64,000 nt of DNA from an uncultured Gemmatimonadaceae bacterium (GCA_963781585.1 CAWAGQ010000013.1:224001-288000); one strand, 5' to 3'. Shown: positions 20,584 to 31,269, counted from the first letter of the stretch. Made by a program: numbers and translations. The notes: generated from the sequence alone by a model not told the origin.

Positions 20584-23256
20584 ATGTCGCTCTCACCTGC
20601 CATGCGTCGCGGACTCCTGCTGCTACCGGCGTTGCTGACCCTCACCGCCCGGGCCACGGCGGCGCAGCAACCCGCTGGCGCGCCGTACCGCGATCCGGCC
20701 CGGCCGGTGGATGAGCGGGTGCGCGATCTCCTGGGGCGGATGACCCGCGAGGAGAAATTCTGGCAGCTGTTCATGATCCCGGGCGACCTGGACGATCCGG
20801 CGCACGACTATTCTCATGGCATCTTCGGTCTTCAGATCCGGATGCCCCGTGACTCGGGTCGCGATGCCGCCACCGCGGCGCGCACACACGCCGAGCGGAT
20901 CAACGCCATCCAGCGCTACTTCGTCGAACGGACCCGGCTCGGAATCCCGATCATTCCATTCGAGGAGGCTGTGCACGGCTTCCTGGGGCCGGGAGCCATA
21001 GTCTTCCCGCAGGCCATCGGCCTGGCCGCCACCTGGGACACCGCGCTGATGTCCCGCGTGGCCGCGGCCATCGCGCAGGAAACCAGAACGCGCGGTGTCC
21101 GCCAGGTCCTGTCACCGGTGGTGAACATCGCGAATGACGTGCGATGGGGGCGCGTGGAAGAGACGTACGGTGAGGATCCGTACCTCGTCTCGCTGATGGG
21201 GCTGAGCTTCGTCGCCGCGTTCGAGCGTGATGGCGTCGTGGCGACACCCAAGCACTTCGTGGCCAACGTCGGGGCAGGAGGACGCGACAGCTACCCGATC
21301 GACTATAGCGACCGGCTCCTGGAGGAGTACTTCTATCCGCCTTTCCGTGACGCCATCCGCGAGGGGGGCGCGCGGTCCATCATGAGTGCCTACAACTCCG
21401 TGGACGGAGTGCCCGCCACCCAGAACCGGCACCTGCTCACAGACGTGTTGCGCGGGGAGTGGGGATTTGGTGGGTTCGTGATCTCGGACGCGGCGGCCAC
21501 GGGAGGCGCCACGGTCCTGCATCACACCGAGGCGAATACTGCATCGGCCGCGAAGGACGCCCTCGACGCCGGCCTGGATGTGATCTTCCAGTCCTCGTGG
21601 GAGCAGCACCGTCCCTATCTCGACGCGATCCAGCGCGGCCTCGTGGCCGACTCCGTGATCGATGCGGCGGTCGCGCGCGTGCTGCGCGTGAAATTCGACC
21701 TCGGTCTGTTCGAGCACCCGTACGTGGACCCGGATAGCGCCGCGCGCGGGAACGCGAGTGCGGCGCACCGGTCGCTGGCGCTCGAAGCGGCGCGTGCGTC
21801 GATGGTGCTGCTGCGCAACGAAGGCGGCACGCTCCCGCTCGATCGCGCCGTGCGCGCGGTAGCCGTGATCGGAACGGACGCGGTCGAGGCAAGGCTTGGT
21901 GGATACAGCGGCCCGGGGGTGCGGCGAACCTCGATTCTGGATGGGATTCGCGAGAAGGTGGGGGGGCCGGCCCAAGTGCGATTCGCGCCGGGGCCCGGTC
22001 GCATTGCGCGCGACCACGTTGTGGTGCCGGCCACCCAGCTCGCCTGGGATTCGGCCGGAACCACCATTCGCGGGTTGCGCGGTGAGTACTTCGACAACAA
22101 TCGACTCGAGGGATCGCCGCGGTTGGCGCGTAACGACCAGCGGATCGATTTCGGTTGGACTCTGAACTCACCCGGCCGCGGAATCCCATTCGACTGGTAC
22201 TCGGTGCGATGGACCGGGCGTCTTGCCGTGCCCGCCGGCGGTGTGCGCCGCCTCGGGATCGAAGGGAACGACGGCTACCGGCTGTACCTCGATGGCAGGT
22301 TGGTCATTGACGATTGGCGGAAGGAGTCGTACGGGACCCGTTTTGCCCGGGTGGATCTGGCTGCGGGCACATCGCACGACATCCGACTCGAGTACTTCGA
22401 GAGTACCGGCAACGCGCGCGTGAAGCTCGTGTGGGACGCGGGTGTGGCGGACGACTGGAGCGCGTCGATCGACAGCGCCGTCTCGCTGGCGCGTGTCAGC
22501 GACGTGGCGGTGGTCGTAGCCGGCGTGGAGGAGGGAGAGTTTCGCGACCGGGCCCTGCTCGGACTCCCCGGCCACCAGGAGGAACTGATCGAGCGCGTGG
22601 CCAGGGTGGGAAAGCCGGTGGTTGTTGTGCTCATCGGCGGAAGCGCTGTGACCATGAACTCCTGGCTGGATGGGGTCGGCGCGGTGCTCGACGCGTGGTA
22701 TCCCGGCGAGGAAGGCGGGCACGCGGTGGCCGACGTGCTGTTCGGTGACTCCAACCCGGCCGGGCGCCTGCCGGTGAGCTTCCCGATGTCCGAGGGACAA
22801 CTGCCGCTGGTGTACGATCACAAGCCCACGGGACGCGGGGACGACTACCTGGACCTCACCGGCCAGCCGCTCTTTCCGTTCGGCTTCGGTCTGAGCTACA
22901 CCACCTTCGAATATTCGGAACTGCAGATCGAACCGGCGGGCATTCCGGCCGGCGGTACGGCACTCGTTAGGTGCCGGGTGCGCAACACCGGCTCACGCGC
23001 CGGCGACGAAGTCGCGCAGCTCTACCTCCACGACGTTCTCGCGTCGGTGGCGCGCCCGGTCATGCAATTGGGCGGGTTCCAGCGCGTGCACCTGGCCCCG
23101 GACGAAGAACGCGAAGTCACATTCCGCGTCGGGACAGACCAGTTGCGCATGCTCGATGGAAACATGAAGTGGGTCGTGGAGCCGGGCACGTTCCGGGTGA
23201 TGGTTGGAGCGTCGTCGAAGGACATCCGTCTGCGGGGCGAGTTGACGGTGAAGTGA
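20584..23256 (+). CDS. GH3 beta-glucosidase/xylosidase with PA14 insert and Fn3-like domain (BglX-like)
   Basis: TRLGIP, EEAVHG, WGRVEETYGEDP, PKHF, IMSAYN, nucleophile VISD, PA14-like YSVRWTG, AWYPGEEGG, PLFPFGFGLSYTTF; signal peptide. Confidence 0.94.
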   Translation: MSLSPAMRRGLLLLPALLTLTARATAAQQPAGAPYRDPARPVDERVRDLLGRMTREEKFWQLFMIPGDLDDPAHDYSHGIFGLQIRMPRDSGRDAATAARTHAERINAIQRYFVERTRLGIPIIPFEEAVHGFLGPGAIVFPQAIGLAATWDTALMSRVAAAIAQETRTRGVRQVLSPVVNIANDVRWGRVEETYGEDPYLVSLMGLSFVAAFERDGVVATPKHFVANVGAGGRDSYPIDYSDRLLEEYFYPPFRDAIREGGARSIMSAYNSVDGVPATQNRHLLTDVLRGEWGFGGFVISDAAATGGATVLHHTEANTASAAKDALDAGLDVIFQSSWEQHRPYLDAIQRGLVADSVIDAAVARVLRVKFDLGLFEHPYVDPDSAARGNASAAHRSLALEAARASMVLLRNEGGTLPLDRAVRAVAVIGTDAVEARLGGYSGPGVRRTSILDGIREKVGGPAQVRFAPGPGRIARDHVVVPATQLAWDSAGTTIRGLRGEYFDNNRLEGSPRLARNDQRIDFGWTLNSPGRGIPFDWYSVRWTGRLAVPAGGVRRLGIEGNDGYRLYLDGRLVIDDWRKESYGTRFARVDLAAGTSHDIRLEYFESTGNARVKLVWDAGVADDWSASIDSAVSLARVSDVAVVVAGVEEGEFRDRALLGLPGHQEELIERVARVGKPVVVVLIGGSAVTMNSWLDGVGAVLDAWYPGEEGGHAVADVLFGDSNPAGRLPVSFPMSEGQLPLVYDHKPTGRGDDYLDLTGQPLFPFGFGLSYTTFEYSELQIEPAGIPAGGTALVRCRVRNTGSRAGDEVAQLYLHDVLASVARPVMQLGGFQRVHLAPDEEREVTFRVGTDQLRMLDGNMKWVVEPGTFRVMVGASSKDIRLRGELTVK

Positions 23257-23419
23257 TGCCGGCCGCTCTCGCGACGAGCATGCGTGTGTCGGCCCAATCT
23301 TCGCTCGGACTGGCGGAGCGGACAAACCCGGCTCATCTTCGTCGCGCCGCCTTCATTCCCCAGGCCGCGGTGCCGGCGCGAACGTCGGCTGAACCTTCGA
23401 TATCCGAGAGGGCCGTTTC

Positions 23420-23860
23420 ATGCGCAAGGCTATCGTGTTCGTCGCCGTGCTTTTCGCGTGCGCCAAATCCGAAACGGCGCAGAACGGCATGTCAGCCAGT
23501 GCCAATGTCCTTACCCCAGCAGCGATTGCCGGGACCTGGACTGGCGTGTCGATGGCCGAGGGCAGCGATTCGGTGCTCAATCACTGGACGGCAACGAGCG
23601 TGAGTGACATGGAAGGAAACCTGGTCATCGAGGGCTCCCCCGATACCGTCCACTACACCATGACGTTCGACGCCGACAGCTTCGTTGCCACGTCGACGCC
23701 GTACTCGGATCCGTCCATGCCCACTGGGCCCAAGCTGATCTTCAGATCCGTGGGCCGGCTGCAGGACGGCAAGCTGGTCGGTACGAGCACGAACATGCTG
23801 GCAGACAAGCCCGATTCGATCGTAAGCCACGATCATTTCAGCGGCAGCAAGGCGCCCTAG
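23420..23860 (+). CDS. Hypothetical beta-rich lipoprotein
   Basis: MRKAIVFVAVLFAC lipobox, IAGTWTG, GAGAGG upstream. Confidence 0.75.
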   Translation: MRKAIVFVAVLFACAKSETAQNGMSASANVLTPAAIAGTWTGVSMAEGSDSVLNHWTATSVSDMEGNLVIEGSPDTVHYTMTFDADSFVATSTPYSDPSMPTGPKLIFRSVGRLQDGKLVGTSTNMLADKPDSIVSHDHFSGSKAP

Positions 23861-24078
23861 CTTCCTCCGCCTGCCAGCGTCCCCGGGGCCGTCCGAGCAG
23901 GGCGGCCCCGGTTCGTACCATCCCCACTCTTTTCGCCTGACCTCGGGGTCTCAGTGGCAAGTCCGAAAGATCCACTGCCGGGCACGTGCGGTTGTCGCGT
24001 CGGCGCGATGGGGTGGGTCTTCCTCGGCGCCCGCTGTGGTGCGAACGATCGTTGCTCGCCCGGCGTATCTCGAACACC

Positions 24079-25620
24079 ATGAGCCTCCTCGACTTCCTGT
24101 GCCGCGCGAGGGCGCGGCGGCCACGGCTGCGCCCCATATCCCGGCGTCCCGGCCATGCCCCGGCGGTCCCGCTCGTCGCATTGGGGTCCGCGCTTCTGGC
24201 GGGGTGCGTGCCGCCGCATACCGTCAGCGGGGTGACCGCGTCGCCGCGGTCGCCGCAATCCACGTGGACGCCCGCCGCGGAGGCGGGCGCACCACTGCAT
24301 GGGTCGCAAATGGCGTTTGCCGAACCATCGGCCGATGCCGCGGTGCATCTGGGTGCGCTCTCCCTCGAGGATGTCATCGATCAGGCCCTGCGGAACAGCC
24401 CCCAAACGCGTGCCTCCTGGGCGCAGGCAAGGGCGGCTGACGCGTCGTACGGGTCGGCCCGCGGGCGCTACCTGCCGCAGCTCGATCTCACGGCAGCGGG
24501 CGGCCCGTCCCGATCCATCTCGCAGAACCCGGCGCGCATTCCTGCCAACCGGACGACGTTCAACGCCGCCCTGTCGCTGCAGTACGTGCTGCTCGATTTC
24601 GGATCTCGTGGGGGCTCGCTGTCGGCGGCTCGCGAAGGTCTCTTTGCCGCCGACCTGACGCATAACGCGGCGGTACAGAGCGTGGTGCTGCAGGCGGAGA
24701 GCGCGTATTTCAGCTACCAGGCGGCGCGCGGATTGCTCGTCGCCGCACACCAGACCGTGGCGACGGCCCAGGCGAACCTCGCGGCAGCGGAGCGCCGGCA
24801 CGACGTGGGGCTGGCCACCATTGCCGACGTGCTCCAGGCGAGAACCGCCCTGGCGCAATCGCAGCTGTCCGAGCAGACCGCTGACGGGAACGTCCAGGCC
24901 GCTCGCGCTCAGCTCGCGCTCACGTTGGGCCTCGACGCGAACGCCCCGTTCGACGTTGCTCCGGACACCGGTGCCACGCCGGTCTCACGGGTCGCCGACA
25001 ACGTGGATTCACTCATCGCGAGGGCTGTTCTGGGGCGACCTGACGTCGCCGCCGCCCGGGCCCTCGCCCGTCAGAGCGAAGCGGAAGTGCGCGTGGCCAG
25101 GTCGGAGACGTTGCCCAGCGTGACGGTGGGATCCACGACGGGGAAGAGCTTCTCGAACAACCAGAATCTCGAGGGGCGCACGTACACGGTCACGCTCGGG
25201 CTGTCGGTGCCGATCTTCAACGGCCTGTCCCGGGAAAACGACGTGGCGGCGGCCAATGCGCTGGCCTCGGCCGCCGCGGCGCGAGCCGAGCAGACGCGGC
25301 TCCAGGCGGTGGCCCAGGTATTTACTTCGTACTACGCCCTGCAGACGGCGACTCAACGCGTGTCGACGTCCGCGGACCTTCTGGCCAGCGCAACGCGCTC
25401 CGAGGAGGTGGCGGTTGGCCGATACGCGGAGGGGGTGGGTACAATTCTCGATCTACTCACCGCGCAGACCGTTCTGGCAGACGCCAGAGCCCAGTCCGTG
25501 CAGGCGCGGTGGACCTGGTACGCGGCGCTCGCGCAGCTCGCGCGGGACGCCGGTGTGCTGGGGACGCACGGCGAACCAAACCTGACGCTCACCGCGGGTG
25601 CAGGCGGAACGAACCGATAG
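24079..25620 (+). CDS. TolC-family outer-membrane efflux protein
   Basis: Lipobox LLAGC, ALRNSP, RYLPQLDL, LSVPIFNG, RYAEGVGTILDLLTAQ; precedes MFP and RND genes. Start uncertain. Confidence 0.9.
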   Translation: MSLLDFLCRARARRPRLRPISRRPGHAPAVPLVALGSALLAGCVPPHTVSGVTASPRSPQSTWTPAAEAGAPLHGSQMAFAEPSADAAVHLGALSLEDVIDQALRNSPQTRASWAQARAADASYGSARGRYLPQLDLTAAGGPSRSISQNPARIPANRTTFNAALSLQYVLLDFGSRGGSLSAAREGLFAADLTHNAAVQSVVLQAESAYFSYQAARGLLVAAHQTVATAQANLAAAERRHDVGLATIADVLQARTALAQSQLSEQTADGNVQAARAQLALTLGLDANAPFDVAPDTGATPVSRVADNVDSLIARAVLGRPDVAAARALARQSEAEVRVARSETLPSVTVGSTTGKSFSNNQNLEGRTYTVTLGLSVPIFNGLSRENDVAAANALASAAAARAEQTRLQAVAQVFTSYYALQTATQRVSTSADLLASATRSEEVAVGRYAEGVGTILDLLTAQTVLADARAQSVQARWTWYAALAQLARDAGVLGTHGEPNLTLTAGAGGTNR

Positions 25621-26868
25621 ATGGATCACGAGCAGCGTTCAGCGAACAGCGGTCAGCGATCGGCACCGGGAGTCGCGCTGCCTCGCGATTCCGCCCGAGC
25701 CGAGGTTGCTGTCGGGCGGCGTGGCCGCGCGGAGAACCGCGTGCCGTCGGCGTTAGGCGCCGTGATGGTCGCGTCGCTGGCGGCCTGTCACGGCCAGACA
25801 CCTCCTCCCAAGGCGCCGGTGGCGGTGACGATCGCGGTGGTCGAGCAGGGGCCCGCGCCGTACGTGGTGCCGTCGAACGGGGTGGTGGAGCCGATGCAGT
25901 CCGTGGCGGTGCAGTCGCAGGTGGGGGGCGTGCTGCAGGCTGTGCGATTCTCCGAAGGCGACGAGGTGCGGGCGGGGCAAGTGCTGTTCGAGATCGATCC
26001 GCGTCCGTTCCAGGCCGCTCGCGATCAGGCGCGCGCGGTGCTCGCCAGGGACGAGGCGCAGGCCGGAAACGCCCAGCGCGATGCCGACCGCTACGCCGCC
26101 CTGGTGCAGAAGGACTACGTCACCAAGTCCCAGGCCGACCAGGCGACAGCGAACGCGGCGGCGCAAAGGCAGGTGGTGGAGGCTGATCGTGCCGCGCTGG
26201 CCAACGCCGAGTTCAATCTCGACAACGCCACCATTCGGGCGCCGATCTCGGGAAAAACCGGGTCGCTGCTGGTGCGCGAAGGGAACCTGGTGAAGCCCGG
26301 CTCCGCGCCGCCGCTGGTGGTCATCAACCAGATCCACCCGATCCTGGTGCGTTTCACGGTGCCCGACCGCGAGCTCCCGAACGTGCAGAAGTACGCGGCG
26401 ACGCACGACCTCGCGGTGCGCGCCACGCCGCGTGGTGATGCGGTGCCGGAGTCGGGGAAGCTCAGTTTCGTGGACAACGGCGTAGACACCACGTCCGGGA
26501 CCATCGTCCTCAAGGGGCGGTTCGACAATCGCGACGGGCGACTCTGGCCCGGTCAATTCGTGGCGGTCGAGCTGCAGTTATTCGTGCAGGAGGGCGCCAC
26601 GCTGGTGCCGGACGCGGCGGTGCAGGTGGGCCAGGACGGTCCGTTCGTGTTCGTGGTCGACGCGCAGAACAAGGCGGAGGTGCGGCCGGTGGTGACCGTA
26701 AGGTCGGTGGGGAGCCGGGTGGTGATCGCCAAGGGCGTGCAGGCCGGCGAACGTGTGGTGACGGACGGGCAGTCGCGCCTGGTGCCGGGGGCGGCGGTGG
26801 AGATCCGCCCGGCGATGGCCGATTCGGCGCTCGGCGCGGCTCCCGCGGCCACAGAGAGAACCCCGTGA
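25621..26868 (+). CDS. RND efflux membrane-fusion protein (MdtA-like)
   Basis: FSEGDEVRAGQVLFEIDPRPF, IRAPISGKTG, FVDNGVDTTSGTI, LWPGQFV, GERVVTDG. True start may be further downstream. Confidence 0.93.
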   Translation: MDHEQRSANSGQRSAPGVALPRDSARAEVAVGRRGRAENRVPSALGAVMVASLAACHGQTPPPKAPVAVTIAVVEQGPAPYVVPSNGVVEPMQSVAVQSQVGGVLQAVRFSEGDEVRAGQVLFEIDPRPFQAARDQARAVLARDEAQAGNAQRDADRYAALVQKDYVTKSQADQATANAAAQRQVVEADRAALANAEFNLDNATIRAPISGKTGSLLVREGNLVKPGSAPPLVVINQIHPILVRFTVPDRELPNVQKYAATHDLAVRATPRGDAVPESGKLSFVDNGVDTTSGTIVLKGRFDNRDGRLWPGQFVAVELQLFVQEGATLVPDAAVQVGQDGPFVFVVDAQNKAEVRPVVTVRSVGSRVVIAKGVQAGERVVTDGQSRLVPGAAVEIRPAMADSALGAAPAATERTP

Positions 26869-29800
26869 ACTTCACGGCGGTGTTCATCCGCCGCCCGGTC
26901 ATGACCACGCTGGTCATGATCGCGATCCTGGTGTTCGGGGTGCTCGCCTACTTCCGGTTGGCGGTGAGCGACCTGCCTAACGTGGACTATCCCACGATCA
27001 CGGTGTCGGCGGGCCTCCCGGGCGCCAGTCCGGAGACGATGGCGGCGGCGGTGGCCACGCCGCTCGAGAAGCAGTTCACGACCATCGCCGGGCTCGACAA
27101 CATGGTCTCATCGAGCTCACTCGGCGGCACGTCGATCACGCTCCAGTTCACCCTCGCACGCAACATCGACGCCGCCGCGCAGGACGTGCAGTCGGCGATC
27201 TCGAAGACGATGCGGGATCTGCCGCCGGGGATCATCCAGCCGTCGATGCAGAAGACCAATCCGGCGGATCAGCCGATCCTGTACCTGCACGTGCTGTCGA
27301 AGACGATGCCGCTGTCGCAGCTGGACGAGTACGCCGAGACCGTGCTGGCGCAGCGGATCTCGACCGTGTCGGGTGTGGCGTCGGTGAACGTGTTCGGTTC
27401 GCAGAAGTACGCCACGCGCATCCAGCTCGACCCGCGGGCGCTGGCGAGCCGCGGCATCGGGATCGACGAGGTGGCGGCGGCGGTGAACGCGGCGAACGTG
27501 AACCTCCCGACCGGCGTGCTGTGGGGCCCGAACCGCGCGTACACCGTCCAGGCGAACGGCCAGCTGGCGAAGGCGGTCGAGTTCGGGGATCTGGTGGTGA
27601 CGTACAAGAACGGGGCGCCGGTGCGGCTGGCCGACCTCGGGAAGGTGAGCGACGACGTCCAGAACAGCCGCACCGCGGCCTGGAATGACGACGCACGCTC
27701 GATCTCGCTGGCGATACAGAAGCAGCCCGGCACGAACACGGTGGAGGTGGCCGGCGCGGTGAAGGCGATGCTGCCGGCGTTGCGGGCCCAGATGCCGGCG
27801 GCCGTGGACGCCGAAATCTTCTACGACCGCGCCCAGCGGATCCGGAATTCGGTGCACGACGTGAAGTTCACCCTCACCGTGACGCTGTGCCTGGTGGTGC
27901 TGGTGATCTTCCTGTTCCTGCGCAACCTGTCGGCCACGGTGATTCCGAGTCTGGCGCTGCCGATGTCGATCGTGGGCACCTTCGGGGTGATGTTCGCGTT
28001 AGGCTTCAGCCTCGACAACCTGTCGCTGATGGCGCTGACGCTGGCGGTGGGGTTCGTGGTCGACGACGCGATCGTGATGCTCGAGAACATCGTGCGCCAC
28101 ATGGAGATGGGAAAGCGGCCGCTGCAGGCCGCGCTCGACGGCGCGCGGCAGGTGGGATTCACCATCCTGTCGATGACCCTCTCGCTCACGGCGGTGTTCA
28201 TTCCGCTGCTGTTCATGGGCGGCCTGGTGGGGCGGCTGTTCCGGGAGTTCGCCGTGACCATTGCGGTGGCGATTCTCGTCTCGGGGTTCGTGTCGCTCAC
28301 GCTCACGCCGATGCTCTCGGCGCGCTTCCTCAACGCGCGGCGGCTCCACGGCGCGCACAACCTGGTGTTCGACGGCTTCGAGGCCGGCTACCAGGCCACG
28401 CGACGCTTCTATGAACGGACACTGCGGTGGGTCCTGCGACACCGGCCGACCGCGATGGCGTTCTCGCTGCTGACGCTGGTGGCCACGGGGGCGCTGTTCC
28501 AGCTCGTCCCCAAGGGCTTCTTTCCCTCGGAGGACCAGGGGATCATCCGCTCCAACACCGAGACCGCCCAGGGCACCAGCTTCGACGAGATGGTTCGGCA
28601 CCAGCTGGCGGCGGACAGCGTGGTGCTCTCCGACCCGAACATTGCGTCGATCAGTTCGTCGGTGGGGAGCGGATACGGCGGGTCCGCCGGCACGGCCAAC
28701 ACCGGCCGCATCACCATGCGGCTCAAGCCGCGCGCCGAACGGGCGCTCGACGCCGACCAGATCATCGCCGAGCTGCAGAAGCGCCTGAGCACCCTGCCGG
28801 GCATTGCCGTCTACCTGCAGAACCCGCCGACGATCAACATCGGCGGGCGATCGGCGAAGGGGCTGTACCAGTACACGCTCACCGGCGCCGACCTGCCGTC
28901 GCTGTATCGCGCCGGCCAGGAAATGGAGACCGTCATTCGCGGCATCGACGGACTGACCGACGTCACCACGGACCTGCAGATCGCCAACCCGCAGGTCTCG
29001 GTGGAGCTGGAGCGCGATGCCGCGGCGCACTTCGGCGTGACCCCGGAGCAGATCGAGCAGGCGCTGTACGACGCCTACGGTTCGCGCCAGGTGTCCACCA
29101 CGTACACGCCGAACAACGAGTACTGGGTGATTCTCGAGCTGCTGCCGGAGTTCCAGCAGGACCTGCGAGCGCTGGATCTCCTGTACGTTCGTTCGCGGAG
29201 CGGAACGCTCGTCCCGCTGTCCACCGTGACCAGTGTGCGGCACACGGTGGGGCCGATGCTGGTGAATCACACCGGGCAGCTGCCCAGCGTGACCATCTCG
29301 TTCAATACCGCGGCCGGCGTGTCGCTGGGGGCGGCGGTGACGTCGGTGACGCGCGCCGCGCGGCGCACGCTCCCCGAGGGCGTGACCGGCGCGTTCTACG
29401 GCACCGCACAGGTGTTCCAGCAGACGCAGAAGGGGTTGCTGGCGCTGTTCGTGGTGGCGGTGTTCGTGATCTACATCGTGCTCGGTATTCTCTACGAGAG
29501 CTTCATCCATCCGCTCACGATTCTGTCGGGGATTCCGTTCGCGGCATTCGGCGCGCTGCTGGCGCTGCTGCTCACGCGCACCGAACTCACGGTGTACGCG
29601 TGGGTGGGCGTGATCATGCTGGTGGGGCTGGTGAAGAAGAACGCCATCATGATGGTGGACTTCGCCACCGAGGCGCAGCGCAAGGAGGGGAAGAACGCGT
29701 TCGACGCGATCACCGAGGCCTGTCTGGTGCGGTTCCGGCCGATCATGATGACGACGATGGCGGCGCTGGTGGGTACGCTGCCAATCGCGTTGGGTGCGGG

Positions 29801-29999
29801 GTCGGGCGCCGAAGCGCGCCGCCCGCTCGGGATCGTGGTGGTGGGCGGGCTGGCCTTCTCGCAGGTGGTGACGCTTTACGTCACGCCGGTGATTTTCACC
29901 TACTTCGACGGATTCGTGCGGCGGTTCGGGCGGCGGGCGACGGAGGAACGCACCGAACCGCTGGTCATGCAGCCGGGCGTGGTGACGGCCGGGGACTGA
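26865..29999 (+). CDS. RND efflux permease (AcrB/MdtBC family)
   Basis: FIRRPVMTTL, LPNVDYPTI, GFVVDDAIVMLENI, GLVKKNAIMMVDFA, RFRPIMMTT; 1044 aa. Confidence 0.96.
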   Translation: MNFTAVFIRRPVMTTLVMIAILVFGVLAYFRLAVSDLPNVDYPTITVSAGLPGASPETMAAAVATPLEKQFTTIAGLDNMVSSSSLGGTSITLQFTLARNIDAAAQDVQSAISKTMRDLPPGIIQPSMQKTNPADQPILYLHVLSKTMPLSQLDEYAETVLAQRISTVSGVASVNVFGSQKYATRIQLDPRALASRGIGIDEVAAAVNAANVNLPTGVLWGPNRAYTVQANGQLAKAVEFGDLVVTYKNGAPVRLADLGKVSDDVQNSRTAAWNDDARSISLAIQKQPGTNTVEVAGAVKAMLPALRAQMPAAVDAEIFYDRAQRIRNSVHDVKFTLTVTLCLVVLVIFLFLRNLSATVIPSLALPMSIVGTFGVMFALGFSLDNLSLMALTLAVGFVVDDAIVMLENIVRHMEMGKRPLQAALDGARQVGFTILSMTLSLTAVFIPLLFMGGLVGRLFREFAVTIAVAILVSGFVSLTLTPMLSARFLNARRLHGAHNLVFDGFEAGYQATRRFYERTLRWVLRHRPTAMAFSLLTLVATGALFQLVPKGFFPSEDQGIIRSNTETAQGTSFDEMVRHQLAADSVVLSDPNIASISSSVGSGYGGSAGTANTGRITMRLKPRAERALDADQIIAELQKRLSTLPGIAVYLQNPPTINIGGRSAKGLYQYTLTGADLPSLYRAGQEMETVIRGIDGLTDVTTDLQIANPQVSVELERDAAAHFGVTPEQIEQALYDAYGSRQVSTTYTPNNEYWVILELLPEFQQDLRALDLLYVRSRSGTLVPLSTVTSVRHTVGPMLVNHTGQLPSVTISFNTAAGVSLGAAVTSVTRAARRTLPEGVTGAFYGTAQVFQQTQKGLLALFVVAVFVIYIVLGILYESFIHPLTILSGIPFAAFGALLALLLTRTELTVYAWVGVIMLVGLVKKNAIMMVDFATEAQRKEGKNAFDAITEACLVRFRPIMMTTMAALVGTLPIALGAGSGAEARRPLGIVVVGGLAFSQVVTLYVTPVIFTYFDGFVRRFGRRATEERTEPLVMQPGVVTAGD

Positions 30000-30177
30000 C
30001 GCGGAGTGCCGTGTGCTGAACGGCTGAACTCGTTTCCGGGTGCGGCGACCGCGTGCTGGGCGTGGAGGGTGGACGCAGCGTGTCGATCGCCGTCGGCGGC
30101 CTCCGTCACCTGGGCGCGGCCCGCTCGCAACCGACCGCTCCACTTGTTCGCCGACGGCTGTCCGCCGTCTGCGCCCT

Positions 30178-30366
30178 TCACACCACATACGGAATCAGCC
30201 GCTTCGTGCGCGCGGCGTAGTCCCGATATTCGGGGTACCGCTCCGTCACCAGTCTTTCCTCGGCGGCGATGCGGACGGCAACTTCCACCACGGCCACCAG
30301 CCACAGCGCGATGCTCGCCGGCGACAGGTGGGACAGCACTCCGGCCGGTGGTTCGCCGACGCTCAC
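30178..30366 (-). pseudogene. C-terminal remnant of an ICMT/PEMT-family membrane methyltransferase
   Basis: 62-aa frame ending RIAAEERLVTERYPEYRDYAARTKRLIPYVV, a typical ICMT C-terminus. The RHPxY motif and N-terminal helices are missing. Confidence 0.7.
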
Positions 30367-31148
30367 CCACCTTGCAGTTTGGTGAGCAGGAAGGCCACCA
30401 GGAAGCCCACCACCGTAATGAGACCCGTGTACGCGTGCGCCACGGCAAACGCCTCCGGGATCATGGTGTCGACAAGCATGGCGAGCATCGCCCCGGCGGC
30501 AGTGGCGGTCGTGGCAGCCACGCCGGCGACCGACACGCTGCGGAACAGCACGAAGCCGATGAGTGCCGCGACCCCCGAGGCAAGGGTAATGCCGCCCCAC
30601 ACACCGAACACGTATTGCGGTGACCGTCCGGCGCGCCGCATTCCTGCCGCACTCGACAGGCCCTCGGGAATGTTGGAGAGGAAGATGGCGGTAACTGCCA
30701 CGGAATTCACCGCGCCGCCCTGCAGCAGACTGAGCCCGATCACGATCGACTCGGGAATGCCGTCCAGCAGTGCGCCCAGCGCGATGGCAGTGCCGCTCCC
30801 GGCCTGCTCCTCCTCGCTCGCCTGCATGTCGCCGGAGCGTTTCCGGTGTTTGGCTCCGCGTACGTCGAGAAACCGGTCGGCGGCGGTGTAGACGATGGCG
30901 CCAGCCAGGAAACCGATTGCGGTTGCAGGGAACCCCCCTCGCTGATAGGCCTCGTCCATGAGGTCGAACGCCAGTGCGGAGATGAGCACGCCACTGCCGA
31001 ACGCCATCACCGCCGCCACAAGGCGTGGCCGCAGGCGGGTCCAGAATCCGGCCGCGGCTCCGATCACCAGCGCCAAGCCACCCACCAGGCCCCACCATCC
31101 AGCCAGAAGCCAAGGGGGAAGGGAGTCAGGCCAGAGTCCATAGCTCAT
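30363..31148 (-). CDS. ZIP-family (ZupT/GufA-like) metal transporter
   Basis: VMAFGSGVLISA, GALLDGIPES, IFLSNIPEGLSS, DTMIPEAF; about 8 TM helices. Confidence 0.88.
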   Translation of the reverse strand: MSYGLWPDSLPPWLLAGWWGLVGGLALVIGAAAGFWTRLRPRLVAAVMAFGSGVLISALAFDLMDEAYQRGGFPATAIGFLAGAIVYTAADRFLDVRGAKHRKRSGDMQASEEEQAGSGTAIALGALLDGIPESIVIGLSLLQGGAVNSVAVTAIFLSNIPEGLSSAAGMRRAGRSPQYVFGVWGGITLASGVAALIGFVLFRSVSVAGVAATTATAAGAMLAMLVDTMIPEAFAVAHAYTGLITVVGFLVAFLLTKLQGG

Positions 31149-31269
31149 GGTTCAGAGCTCATGACGTTCGCTTGGCCTCTGGCCTCTGACCTATATCCTA
31201 TGTCCGCTCACAATGGCCTCGGGCCTCTGACCTTTGACCTATGGCCTATGACCCATGGCCTATGGCCTA
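31125..31269. repeat. Degenerate 7-bp tandem repeats (TGGCCTC/TGACCTA/TGGCCTA) preceded by inverted units
   Basis: About 12 heptamers at 31173-31269; complementary-type units CAGAGTC/CATAGCT/CAGAGCT at 31125-31160. Confidence 0.8.

Noticed and set aside
23945..23990. GAAA-capped hairpin upstream of tolC as a riboswitch
   Set aside because: It does not match the c-di-GMP, ZTP or other consensus structures I can recall; an Infernal scan would be needed.
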